From Microbotryum violaceum (Eukaryota), in NCBI GenBank assembly GCA_001244265.2, contig CDLV01000008.1:310001-374000 (forward strand): a stretch of 64,000 bases of DNA, written 5' to 3'. A program made the position numbers and the translations under genes. Shown in pieces: positions 34,019 through 46,517 of the stretch. Below the pieces are notes generated by a model, which saw only the letters and a program-made list of their open reading frames with translations, did not search any database and had not been told where the DNA came from. The first letter of the stretch is position 1; the number at the start of each line of letters is the position of its first letter.

Positions 34019-34926
34019 GGGCACGGTGGCGGTGACAAGTGATGGAGTAGGACAAGACAAGAAGCAGAAGATGTGCAAAGCGGTGGCTACCCCGAACCGA
34101 GCCTTTCAAAGTGCCAAGTCCAAAACATGAACTTTAGCCTACCCCGCCTGGTCAAAAATAGAACGCCCGATGGAGAAGGTCTTGGAGAGGGTGGATCGTG
34201 CGCCGCGAAGCGGATCAGCCACCGCCAATCGCCGCGATCCCGAATCACGAGGCCCGAACCTTCTCGGCGCGAGGCACGGTGCCGAAACCGGTGAGTAGAA
34301 GGTATATTAGACACGTGATTACGATCGCCTTATGGCCGCCTGATGTCTTATGGCCGAATGATGACTGGGCTGGAAGGGAACGAGCCAGACATCCGAGGTC
34401 AGCCTGCTCAGGAGTCGCTCGGTCCCGAACCACTGATCATCTGAGCGCGCGGAAACTTGCTCCCGGGAGTCAAGAACTTGACTTATGTCCAAAACCTGGT
34501 TTCAAACCTGTTCTCGGCCGAAGGAATGATGAATGTTTCATTCCCGGTAGGCTTAATCGTCCACGTGACCCCCCCTTAGCTGAGAACAGGTAGAGCGCTC
34601 TAAGTCGCGGTGAGACGAAACGAGGCGCCCCTGGTGAGATATCTCCCCGACACTGCTGGTCTTGGCCGGCGCGATTGGGGTCCCCCGTGGAGCGACGTTG
34701 ATGCTCAGCATCGCTCACGGGTGACTCGGAACGAGTTATGCAGTGGGAGTTTACACGGGTGGCATCTAGCAGCCGAGCATTCGGAAGTACGACGAACGAA
34801 CTGAGCCACGTTCGTTTACCGGAAACGATGCTTGGTAGATATGCATAGTGTCGATTAAAATGAAGACGACAAACGAACTATCAAAGTAAAGGGGTAAAGA
34901 ACAAGAAGACACTCTCCTCTCCTCGC

Positions 34927-37900
34927 TTAAACCTCAGCCTCCACGTCCATCGTTATACTCTCGTGCTCGGAAGCACCCAACGAATTGCGCGTCGAGCGAT
35001 GACCCATTCCTCCCGCCCGATCTTTCGCATCTTTGCCTACAGCCGAGGTTTCATCCGTTGGAGCGGCGGCGTTGGACTTGCGACGCAGTAAGGAGCCTGT
35101 TCGTTTCGGCGCGGCGGAATTTTTACCTTTCGGCCTGAGCTCGTCCTCCTCCTCATCGTCATCGTCGAGGTTCTCGTCTGCACAGTGAAGAAAAACGTTA
35201 GTCGACACGTGCATCAGGACCGTCGCAGCCCGTCAAGAGATCCAAGACTCACAAAAGAAGACGTTCCCAGCCTTCTTCTCGTCCTTGTCCAGCGCATCCA
35301 ATTCGAACCCATCAATATAATCATCGTCCTCAACGTCCTCCTCCCCAAGCCGTTCCCTCAACTCCGCAATCCGTCTTCGCAACGCATCAATTGCCCCATC
35401 ACGTCGATCGATCCGATCGTGCAACATCCCCACATACTCGTTGCTGCGACGCAAGAGCGCGACTTTGCTGACGCCACGATTCGGGTTCTCCGGATCGACG
35501 CTCCCGCTGCGCTGTCCGCCGACATTGCCTTCACCGGGTCGTTTCTCTTCGTCCGGTGTGGCGTTCATTGCAATCGGCGGGAGGATGCGTCGAAGGGATT
35601 CGAAGCACTGCTTGAGCGAGTCGCGACGTTTCTGCTCCGCGGCCTTGTGCGACGTCCGGCGTAGTTCACCCCCGACGACAGGACCCGAAGTAGACGAGTT
35701 AAGGTTTCCCAATACGTCATCCTTCAACGCAGTCGACGTGTTGTCGACATCGGCATCGTCGTCCATCTCAGTTGCTTTTACAGCACCAGACTCCTTCTCC
35801 TTCCCCTTGCCCTTGTACTTTCGCTTCTCCGTCGGCTTCTCCTTCTCCTTCTCCCCTTCCTTCACTTTCGCCACGTCGGTAGGCGAAGGTGTCAAAGTGT
35901 TCTTCGCCTTAGGCGGGGCAGGAGCGATCCTACTAGCCTTGATGGGTCGAGCGGCGATCTTGCGCGTCAAAGCGAGTGCAGATTTTGTCGACCTGCCCTT
36001 TGACGACGATGACGTCGGCGGTCCCGAACCACTGCTCCCCGTGCTATTCGTCGATGGCGAGGTGCTGTCTCGAGCTGCATTGGCGAGACTGCCCGCTTCT
36101 TGGTCCGGCGGGGTGAGCAAAGCGTTGCTGTCTTGTGGCTGCTGAGTGCCATCCGAGGTCGACGCGATCGAGTTGTGCGACAGAGATGAAACCCCAGTGA
36201 TGTTATTCGGCAAGTTCATGAAAGTCGCGGGGGTCGCTGCTTGGTGTAACCAATCTGGGGTGGCCATCGTCGCATCCTGGTGCTGCACTGGGGTAGCATT
36301 CTGGACGATGCTGGACCTTCTCGATGTGGCGGCCGAAGATGGCAATGGTGGCGGACCCATCAACTGCGACCCGTTCTTGGCGAAAGCGGGGGAAGCTCCG
36401 ACCGAAGTCTCGGCGACCGCGCTGGACGAGCTCAGATCGACGGGACTGGGGGAATCGGCCGAGATGGCGTTCATCATCCCATCATCCAGCGGTGAACTGC
36501 GCTGCGAGCCCGAAATTGCTCCTCCCGCCGCGCCCATGCCTCCATTGGCAGCAGGAGCCGCGACACTGTTCCTACCCGTCGCTGAGGGTCCAAGGAAAGG
36601 GCTTGTCGTCGCACTGCGCGCACCATTGCTGATGCTAGCGGATCGTCGATCCCCACCTGCGCCGCCAGCGGCCTTCTTGCTCGTACCCCGACGGACCAAT
36701 TGGCCGTCCGGCGTAGGTTTGAGCAGCGGGCTCGGTCGAGCCTTTTTGGATCCAGCACCTCGTCGACCCGCTCCAGCGGCCGTGCTCAAGCCGGCATCGC
36801 TCGAGTCCAAGCGCGGGGAGGCGGTGGCCGCGGCGTTGGCGGGAGACCCTGTCGCAGACGTCGCGTTGCCAGGCATTGTAGCGCCGAGGTAGGGCGAGTA
36901 GGCGGCTTGCATTGCGGCGAGATTGCTGTGGTCGAAGCCAAGGGCGCCCGTCTGGTCCACCAGGCCTTGGAGCCAAGTACGATTTTGCAGTTGTTGGGCT
37001 TGCCAGATCGCTGCAGCGGCGGGATCGTCGTTGAACTGCTGCGGCATGATCGCAGGCGAGCTAAGAGGTGAGAAGAACTCGGCCGGTGAGACGAGAGCAT
37101 TCTTCGAAGGTGGGAAGGAACCCGACGGTGGCAACGAAGAGGCGGTGGTGAAGACCGATTGAGGTGTCATTGCGGGAGACATGAGCGGTGAGAACATGAA
37201 CTGCAGCGTGAACCCCCAAGCCAGTGTCAGTCTATCGTGCGACCACGAGAGACCGGACCTCTGATACTGCACTCACTTCATTCGAACCCGTCCAATCGTC
37301 TCCTTCGGGATGAGTAGCGTAGCTTCCACCGGTCATGCTAGATTCACCTCTCGGGTTCATATCGCCATTGATCGATCCCCCACCCACGCCTCCATTGCCC
37401 CCGACCCTCGTCAACATTTCGATCGCGGCCTGCACTTCACTCGTCGGCGCGTTGCGAGACAACTCGCTTTGCTCCATCTCGTAGCCTGGCATTCCGAAAG
37501 CGTTCTGCATCTGCATCGGCTGCTGCTGCTGCTGCGAGGACTGGTTGGCTGCTACGAGCGAGGCGCTGTGGACTTGCAGTTGGGCCGAGAAGTTCTGGTG
37601 CTGCTGCATCGCCAACGCGTCAAACATCTGCTGCGAAGGCTTCTGCTGTACCGACGTGTACGGGGAGGTCAAAGGCGAGGGCATGTTCGAGGGCGGAAGC
37701 GAAGTCGCGATCTGATGGAGGTAGCTGTTGGACGAGTTCGAAGCCATCGCGACCGAATTGCCTGTCGAGGTCGAGGACGAGCCCGAGCGGTGATGCGAGT
37801 GGTACGCATGGGGTGTCGAAACGTTCGACTCGACGCCAGCGCCGTAGTAGGCCATGGGGGACGCCTGGGCGGACGACGAGGTGCTTCTCGAAGGACCGTT

Positions 37901-38794
37901 ATGGGCCGTCATCAATGGCGAGTTGGTGTAGGTCGGCGCGCTGCTTCGATTCCTCTGGCTCGAGGACTGGTTCTCGTGCGCAGCGGGGTGACTGGAAGCC
38001 ATGCGAGACGGGCTTCGATGTCGAGGTGAGGCGGCTACGCCAGCTGAAGCTACTGGGGAAGCGGCGCCAGGGCTATGTGTTGCTGAGGTCGGATTGTTGG
38101 GTTGGTGCTGTTGCTTCAATGCCAGCAGGGCGTTCAACAGCTGTGAGCGCGCCGCGGGATCCATTGTCGCAATAACGTTCGTGATCTGACTAGGTGCGTT
38201 CGCAGCGTCCGTCGTCGCATTCGACATCGTGTTTCCGCCCGAATGACTCGGGTTGGGCGAGGAAGGTTGCGCCGACGGCGTCGACGTCGACGTCGACGGT
38301 GCGAGCGAGAACCCGATATGCTGCAGGACAAGCTCTTGCGCACTTCGTTCCCGATGGTGCTGACGAGGCTGTTGGAGCTGATATCCACCGCCTCCACCTC
38401 CTCCATGCGAGGGGCTCGCCTCGACAAGAGCTTCATGGTGATCACCATAGGAAGGCGGCACGCCAGGTGAGTTGCCGAGCATTGCATTCGGGTCGGTGGG
38501 AGAAAGCGCGTTCGCAGGGAGGGTGAACTCTGCGAGCAAGTCGGCGAAATCGGCACCAGGGTTAGTCATGTTGAGGTTCGAAGAGTTCATAGATCCTTGT
38601 TGATGAGCGGCCGACGATGGCTGCTGGGCGAGCGCGTTGATCGGGAAGTTACCGTGGTGCTGGTGCTGGTGATGGTGTGGGTGCTGCTGCGACGTGTACG
38701 CGAACAGCTCCGGGTGAGGGGATGCGATGTTGCCCAAGTTGGTCGAGTCAAGGTACGCTGGTGAGGCTACGGTCGACGAGGCATGGAACGACAT
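34927..38794 (-). CDS. PHO4: bHLH transcription factor, Pho4/NUC-1/PalcA-like
   Basis: Three exons; basic-HLH RRTSHKAAEQKRRDSLKQCFESLRRILP...VSKVALLRRSNEYVGML; FFSPLSSPAI and several S-P-x-I/L sites; Q/S-rich N-terminus. The bHLH is certain; Pho4 orthology is inferred. Confidence 0.7.
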
Positions 38795-40206
38795 GCGTTC
38801 GATCGCGGGTACGAAGACGGGGACGAGACGAGCGGAAGTAGGGCGCGGGTGCCCGCGGGGTACAGCGGTTGGCTGAGCACACGCGCTTGTAAGGAGCAGT
38901 CTCGAGTAGGCCGAGAGATGGCAAGAAGGGTGAGGACGAGATCGTCACGTGTCGAGGCTGATGGTCACGCTCCAAAGACCGCCGCGGGCAGATGCTGGTG
39001 GTGCTGGTGGTGTTCTAGGTTCTAGAATGCGCCGGTGACGCCGTGCGAGCTTTACCGGTGCGACGACCTCGTGCAAAGCAGCAAGCGGGACGGATCTCTA
39101 CGGACGACGGGGCGCTGCTGCTACAAGGCGATCCAACGTTTCGGATGAGGGCGATGATCTAGATGTGGAATTCCAGATGGGAGGAGGCGTTGGATGCACA
39201 GGCCGTCTATCAGGTGACAATGGGCAGATAAAGGAGGTCCAGATCGTCAGCATTTCCCCGGGTCAACGATAGGCCCAGCGCGCACGCGGTTCTGGTGACT
39301 GTGTCAGTCGAGTCGGGTCGAGATGGGGCGCCAAGCATGCTTGCTGCCGTGCTGCCACTGGCCGGTGCGGCGTTCATCAGAACCCCACACCAAAGAGTGC
39401 GAAGACGTACCTAGTTGTAAAGGTCCCCGGATACTACGGTACGCTCGTCAAGACGTGGCGGTATGTTGTGTACGCGACCACGACGAGATGTAGCACAAAG
39501 AGCGAGAGCGAGCGCACCCGCCAGAGGAGAGGGTGGCCCTCCTAATCTCAGTCCATCCCTCTTAGGCGGCAAGCTAATGAGGTAGTAGCCCTAGCGACGA
39601 CCCGCGGCTAATGGTCCAATCCAGTTCCCCAAGCGATCACCAACGGCACGACGAGCCGCCGAGCTCGGACGGAAATTGCCCGCTTGCAAGGCAGCGACCA
39701 CTCCTTTGCCATGTAAACCTCTTTAGTGGGTAAATACAGACCGTAGACCTCCTGGAGCTCTAGTCGATATTCGTACTGGCGTGGAAGCTGAAACAGGGGT
39801 CACGGTCAACTTTTAGCGGCGATCGTTTATGAGCTTGCCCGGCCGGAAGATAGTCAGCTTAATATGATTGCCCACGATCTGTCACGTCGAACAGCTTCCA
39901 CAGGCTGAAGAGCAGGTTACTTGCAAGCAATTTGGCTACCTGCGATGTCTTCATAGCCCGACCGAGTTCGGGTAAGAAAGTAGGCGAAAAGCCAATTTCA
40001 CTCGCAACTTTCACCGGGCGGTCGGCGGTCCGGCGGCATTGCCCGCAGGCCAGTGCAGGCCCAAGTTACTGCCGGGCCGGGAACAAGCGAACCGACGGGC
40101 GGTCGTCTTGGCTTCCGTCATTGCGGTCGGTGATTCTTCCCTCGCCAGGTCGGTCGCAAGCGTATACATACATCGAGTCTCATCTTACCTTTCGACATCC
40201 ACGACC

Positions 40207-42729
40207 ATGTCGATGGGCACCTCGGCCAGTGGAGGCTTGCCCGACGTGTCGCTGCTGATTCAAGACCTCCTCTCACCCCCGTGGACGGTCCTCTCCTCCT
40301 CCACACCTCAACTCATCACCTTGCACCTCTCAACCCTATCCCTCCTTGACCCAGCCACCAGCGCCCTAATACCAACCCTGATATCATGTATCGCAAGTTC
40401 ACCTTCGTTGTGGAGAGGTCAAGCGACGGCCTCGAGTTCGGCTTCGAGTTGGGCGACTTGGAGGACGTTGAATTGGACACGTGCGAATGAGGTGTACACC
40501 AGTTTGGTACAGTGTTGTTTGTATCGCGCTTCGGAGATCGCCAAGGAACATGGGACGGGGTGGAAGGCGAGACGAACCTATGCGCAATTCGTCGAGCTGT
40601 ACCTTCAGGGTATTCGGGACGATCAAGTCGGAGAGCTCGCTCAGGACAAATCTACAACGAGGACGATGCGAGTTCACCCCGTCGTCAGGCTGTTGATCAC
40701 CTCGGCTCTGTTGGCAGCGTTGCAATCGATCAAGCAACGTCAGGACAAGCTCTACGTTGGAGGCAGTGCGTTGATGGGTCGAGCGCACGACCAAGTCCTC
40801 GCCGCTTGGGACGAGTACTTCCGAGAGGAGGAGCAGGACGCCAGGCTGGGTGCGACGGCCATGGAATGGAACGGTAACACAAAGACAGGTGAGCGTAAAA
40901 CGAAGGTCAATCGAAGGAGAAGCTGGAAAATTGACGGCGGTATCATACCGCAGACCAAGTCTCGAACGATTTGCCGAGCTGGTTCGCCGCTCAGACTTTC
41001 CCCATGTTTCCCGTCGACCTCTTGGCCGCCGGGCCCGTATCTGTCAGTAGCCACGGGCGAACCATTACAAATTTTGAGGTAGAGCTTTTGGCTTACCTCT
41101 CGCTTCGCCTACAGTCCCTTCTGAACCTCCTCACCAAATCTTGGTCGAATTGTTTCGCCGGTGGGACCCTCTTCAACTCGCTCTCCTGCGACCTCATCCA
41201 AACCCCCGAAGGACTATCCTGGACCATACCGTCCCCATCCCACGACCAACTCTCCACCTTGACCCGAGCGCCCTTGTTCCAAGCTCTCGGTCCTTTATCC
41301 CGAGCCATTAGTCGCCTCATCCAAGCTGCAGCTTTAGCAGCTCGCACCACACATTCCTCCACTCCCGCCAGTTCACCCCCCCTCGTTTCCGTCATCTCTC
41401 TAGGATCGACCCTCGAACGCGTTGTCGACCGAGTACAAAAAGGCTGGGCCTCAACACCCTGGTCCGATCTAGAAGACGACACGCAGTTATCCCCTTCCAC
41501 ACGCGAACGAAAAGAACCTTGGACTTTACTCAAATCGCTCTTATTCGCATTGACCTTGATCGATGCGTCGCTTCTGATCATCGTCGAACCTAGACCGGAG
41601 GTTTTGGCGACGAGGTTACAACTTGATTTGGCTGCTCAGGCCGTGAGGGTGTTGCATCGGTCTTATTTCATTACGATTCGATTTGGCTCCGACGGGTTCA
41701 GCGCTTGGAGGGGCGTTTGGGCTGGGTTGATGGAAGTCGCTGGTGGGGATACGAGACACCAAGTTGAGGATCTCATGACTCGGATGGAACCGGCTCGATT
41801 AGGACACACACACGAACGCTTGGTCCAAAGAAGCGAAACAACGTTTTACCTCAACGCCGCAGAGGTTCTCATGAAACGTATTGGGGATCAGTACTTGGAG
41901 GAGAAGGTGTTGCCGTGTTGTTATCCTTATTTGGAAGACGCCAAGTATAGGGATACGTTCGAATCGGCACATTCGGTCTTACTTGCGGTGTTTGCGACGC
42001 ACAAGAAAGTGTCGAGTGACTTGGCAGTATGGTATACCCAGGTCTTGCTCCAGGTGAGTGGTGAAAGGCGAAACAAGCCCACCCCTCTCCAGGTTCTAAA
42101 GAGGAACTGACCACATAGTCGTCCTTCACTAGGCCTTCCCGAAACTGATGTCGGCCGCCCAACTCCGATTGGCCTTTACGACGATCGTTCGTTGCGCCTC
42201 CACCACGTCCGACGCATTAGCATGGTACTGCATCGAAGAACTCCTTTCCACCATACGCAACATACCCACATCCACAACCTCCACACCTTCCCTCCCTACC
42301 CTCGACAGCTCCCCCTCATTAACCCTAGACCATTCCCCTACGACCTCTTCCAACGTAGCAGGAAGGAATTATGAAGACGACCTCAATTCGACTCGACTCG
42401 ACGAAACCTCTTCACTCTCTCCCGTCGAAGTGAAGGCTTTGTCATTACCGAGAGGACATTTGTTGTTGACTTTGATCGATCAGACGACGAGTGTTAATTT
42501 GATCTTGTTAAGGATGGTGTTGGATCAGATTTGGGTTTTGGTGAAGGAGGAACCCAGAGAGGCGGAAGAGGGGATTATAGCGAACGGGAACGGGAAGGAA
42601 GGCGAAGTAGTAACGGGTCGACAAGCTTTGATCAAGGTTCTGTTCGCTACGTTGGGAGAAGGGTTGGATGCGACGAAGAGGGAGGAAGGGGTGAGGTATT
42701 GGTTGGAGAGGAGGGAAGAACTTCAGTAG
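40207..42729 (+). CDS. PEX8: Peroxin Pex8-like (Pex17 in filamentous fungi) alpha-helical protein
   Basis: Four exons; FYLNAAEVLM...PYLE...FESAHSVLLAVF...WYTQVLLQAFPKLMSAAQLRLAFTTIVR, similar to fungal Pex8/Pex17 C-terminal motifs. Confidence 0.65.
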
Positions 42730-42967
42730 TTGGACATTCGAGCGTGTTGTAAATCAATGAGCGTACCAGCTTAAACCACTCAGTTTCCTTCTCTCCAAAA
42801 CAGCAGTCGTTATAACTTTCACATTCGCAGCAAGCCAAAAACGTGCCGAGAACGATACATGAAAAGAATCACTCTACCCGCGAGCGTACGGAATAGCGCG
42901 TTTGTAGAGGTAGTACCGCGGAAACTGTCAACGATGAGAGGAAAGCGCTCTTCGGGGATGGAGGTGA

Positions 42968-45791
42968 TTAATACCGAATGTAGCATACTGCGAGGAGGGG
43001 AAATCCGGACAAGAGACCTATCCAAAAGAAGAGCTGGCGGGCAGGCCAGGGGGGTCAGGTTCAGCTTTGCGGAAGAAACACCTTCGACCCAGGCGTATCA
43101 AGACTCACATTACCGAGCGCGGGGTAGCGTCGTAGTATAGGGAGACGGCCGACCACGATCAAGGGGAGCTGACACATCTACCCAAAAAAAGGAAACGAAA
43201 AAAATGGTGTCAGCAACCAACCCGAAGTGAACATTTCTGAAAGTCTCGAGAGCGTGCTACTTACTTGCATGAGGAAGAGATACAGCCTAAGTTTTTTCAT
43301 CACCACCGCCATCACCAACTCATGGACGCACTGAAAAGGCAACCACGACCAACTCAGCACCACACATCAACCGCGCAGCTCTACGGGCCCTCAACTCACA
43401 GCACTAAGTAAAAACGTGACGAATGCCGCCTGAAACTTGGAAACATGATAGGTCGAGATGGTCGAAGCGTACACATGCCTCAAAAGGAACGTGTGTACAG
43501 GAATGTTCCATTTACGAGAGAACTCGTCGAAGGATTGTGAGTTCCACCAGTCGGAGTAGAAGCCACGGTCGGCGAAGTAGGTCAGTTCGGCGAATCCATT
43601 GAGGATGCATTCGAAGATCTGCGCAGCCATGATTGGGCGTTCAGTACTGGAGGTATTGAAAAAGTGGGCACTTGACTCACGATGAAAAAGATCAAAAGAT
43701 AATTGACCATAAAAGGAATGGCCAAATCAAGCAAACTGATATAGAAAGGATCCGTATGCTTGGGATAGGCAGGAATGATGACGTGCTCGACGGTCAAGAG
43801 CAAAATCATGAACGTCCCGAACGTCGCTCCGACTTTTTCCACCACGTAAAGCGGTCGAATCGTATTCGTCCTCGGATACTCGAGATGGTACACGAGAGTA
43901 GGAACGAGAAGATAATCGCAGAAATTGAAAAGAGTCGTGTTCTCGGGCCATCGAACCTTCTTGACACCGGTCGAAACGAGTAACTCGTCAAGATCCATGA
44001 CGTCAATCACGAGTTCCCTCAACTGATCATGCGGATGCCATGTTAAAGCTTCGAGTCCTACGAGAGGTACTGGTTTGCCCTTGTTGGACATGGAGTTGGA
44101 CGGCGTGACGCCGACGATCGAAGTGGACGATTTCCTCCTTCCTACGCGTTGCCTCATCCCAGTCGGTGCATAATCCGAAGCTTTAACGTCCAGACTGCCC
44201 GGACTCGCAGGAACATCGTCGACCTCATTTGAAGGTGCATCATCGACCAATGCGCCCTCTCTGATCTCTTTCGTCCATACCCGTTTGGCCTCCTGCTGGC
44301 AGGCCTCCTCCCCTCCTTGTTCCTCAACGACTCGATTCAATTCGGCTCGCTTGATGTCCAATTCCCTCCGTTTCTCGGACAAGTCACCGTTATAGGCGCA
44401 GTACGAATGTACCTTCATCAACATGGTCAAGGTGTGGAGGACCAGGAACCCCGATTGGACCCAGGGCCATTCCTTGTGAAAGGTCCACCGTACGGCGGCG
44501 CCGAGGAAGATAACTTGGTAGATGTGTTGTACGATTATGCCTACGCCTCGATACCTCATCCACCCGTTCTTGAGTGCCTACCAATGAGAAATTCAGACAT
44601 GTCTCCAGTTCAACACCATGTCCCACCTTTTCTCTTGTCCATCGGTCCCCCACTGCACTAACCTTTGCAAACGGCACACATGCAAACGTACTCGCCAACA
44701 TGGCCGCATCACTCGCCGCAAGCGCCAGTCCATCCTGGGAAATGAACTTGGCGAACGTCCACCTGAACAAGGCGCCGTGCTCAGAATAATGCTTGATGCC
44801 GACCCTGAGCGCCCCAACAAAGATGCTACAGTGCAAAGACCACAGTGGACAGAGGGTGGGGGTCAGTCGATCGGATCCGACTAGTACCTCCCCTTTGGTT
44901 TGAGCCAATTCAACGGCGACGCACATGATCCAAAACAACGTAAAGAAGCCTCTGAACGAATTGACCGCCGATTCGGAATTGTTGCGATCGAAAGCCGAGG
45001 TACGGGGCTGGAAACTGACCGGTCTCGACGAGCCCGATTTCTTGGTCTTTGGATGCGACGATCTTGAACTCCTCGGTCCGATGGGTTTGAGGGTGAGGGA
45101 GCCGTCCGAGGGGGATATGGAGGAGATGAGTTGGGTGGTGTTGGAGTGGGTGTAACTGATGATGGGTGTGGGGTGCGATGGTGTTAGTGGTTGGTTTGCT
45201 TTCCGGGTTCCGGCTTGATTGCCAAAATCGAGGTACGTACGAAGCGGTGTAAAGCTGACTGGGCAATGAACCAACGCCATCATCGGCCTCTGCAGGGTGT
45301 ACGATCGTAGTGATGATCGTGCGGGTCGTGGGAAGAGGCCTATACACCACACACAAGACCACGAGTCAGTTTCTTATGGGACATCGCCCCTTGAAAACAG
45401 AGGAGGATAGTCTTGGCCGCTCTCGCCCGGCCCCCACTCGCCCCCGCCCTCGCCCTCGCAAGCGGCATGGCGATCCCCCATTCCGCTCCAAGACACCGTA
45501 TTCATCTCCCCAACCCACATCCTCGAATGAACCAAACCCAAAGGCCCAACCTACTCACCCAACATCCTCCTCAACCCCCTCCCCAGCCCCAACCTCCCCC
45601 CCTTGATGCCGTTTTCCCTGCGCGTTCGTGACATCATCCCCCTCCGAGGACAACGACGACGACGAGGAGGAGACCTCCATCTCGTGTACTCCATTGCTGT
45701 TGCCGTTCGTAAGAGGTGAAAAGATTGCGTCGATGACTAGATTCGCTTGACCGGGTGGGGTCCGTGTACTATTTGGACTGCCACTTGTCAT
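42968..45791 (-). CDS. ARE2: Sterol O-acyltransferase (MBOAT, Are1/Are2-like)
   Basis: FRGFFTLFWI, LHTLTMLMKVHSY, YLLVPTLVYHLEYPRT, FECILNGFAELTYFADRGFYSDWWNS, WNIPVHTFLLRHVY, SACVHELVM; ends LLAVCYIRY-TAA. Confidence 0.9.
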
Positions 45792-46517
45792 CGTGGCTCG
45801 CTAGATCGGGAAGAGAGGGGCAAGAGAGGGGCGAGAGAGACAGAGAGAGAATCGTAAGCGCGCCTTGCCCGAACTCATCACACCAAAGAGGTCCGAGCTG
45901 GTCCGAGCGCGCGCGCGAGACTCGACCAACTCGACCCTTGATTATCTGCGCATCATTCTAGCGGTGTTCATGCAGTTCTTTACGCAAGTGAAAATGGTGA
46001 GGAGGTAGCATCCGGATTGATAGTTTCATATATCGAAAAGGAAAAGAAGCAAGAAGAAGGAAGAAAGAAGAAAGGTCGTTCATGATCGTACGTGTACAAA
46101 ATGAGAAAAGAAGAAGAGAAACAGCCCCGCCTTCTTCATCATCATCGTAGTAATCACCCTGCCGAACAAAACAAAACACAAGGGGGGAGGGAGGGAAAGA
46201 GAACCACGCAGACAAGAAACACGTAGGAAGAAAAGAACAAACCATGCCACACACACATAATTGTGCGCACATACACACAAATACTTGGGCATCATCACAC
46301 GCACACAATTCGCGAGAACAAGTTTCGTACACACCCTTCTTCTTCGCTCTTTCGTTTGTAGTACAAGTAAACATACTGGGGGTTCATCATCGAGGACATA
46401 CAGAGGAAAGGGGTTCCGCGAAGAGGAAGATGATGAGGGGTGATAATAGGTGGTGAGTGCTGAGGTGATGAGGTGGTGCGCGCTTCCCCAGTTGTAGTAA
46501 TCGATTGCCCCAACCCG

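Noticed and set aside
30768-38951. CACGTG E-boxes upstream of GPI3, the MCO and the Pho4-like gene; TGACGTGG at 30886
   Set aside because: A 6-mer is expected roughly 16 times in 64 kb by chance, and I saw no enrichment.
45958-46460. Hydrophobic Cys/Phe-rich ORFs between CCR4 and ARE2
   Set aside because: Translation of low-complexity GT/CT-rich UTR or promoter sequence.
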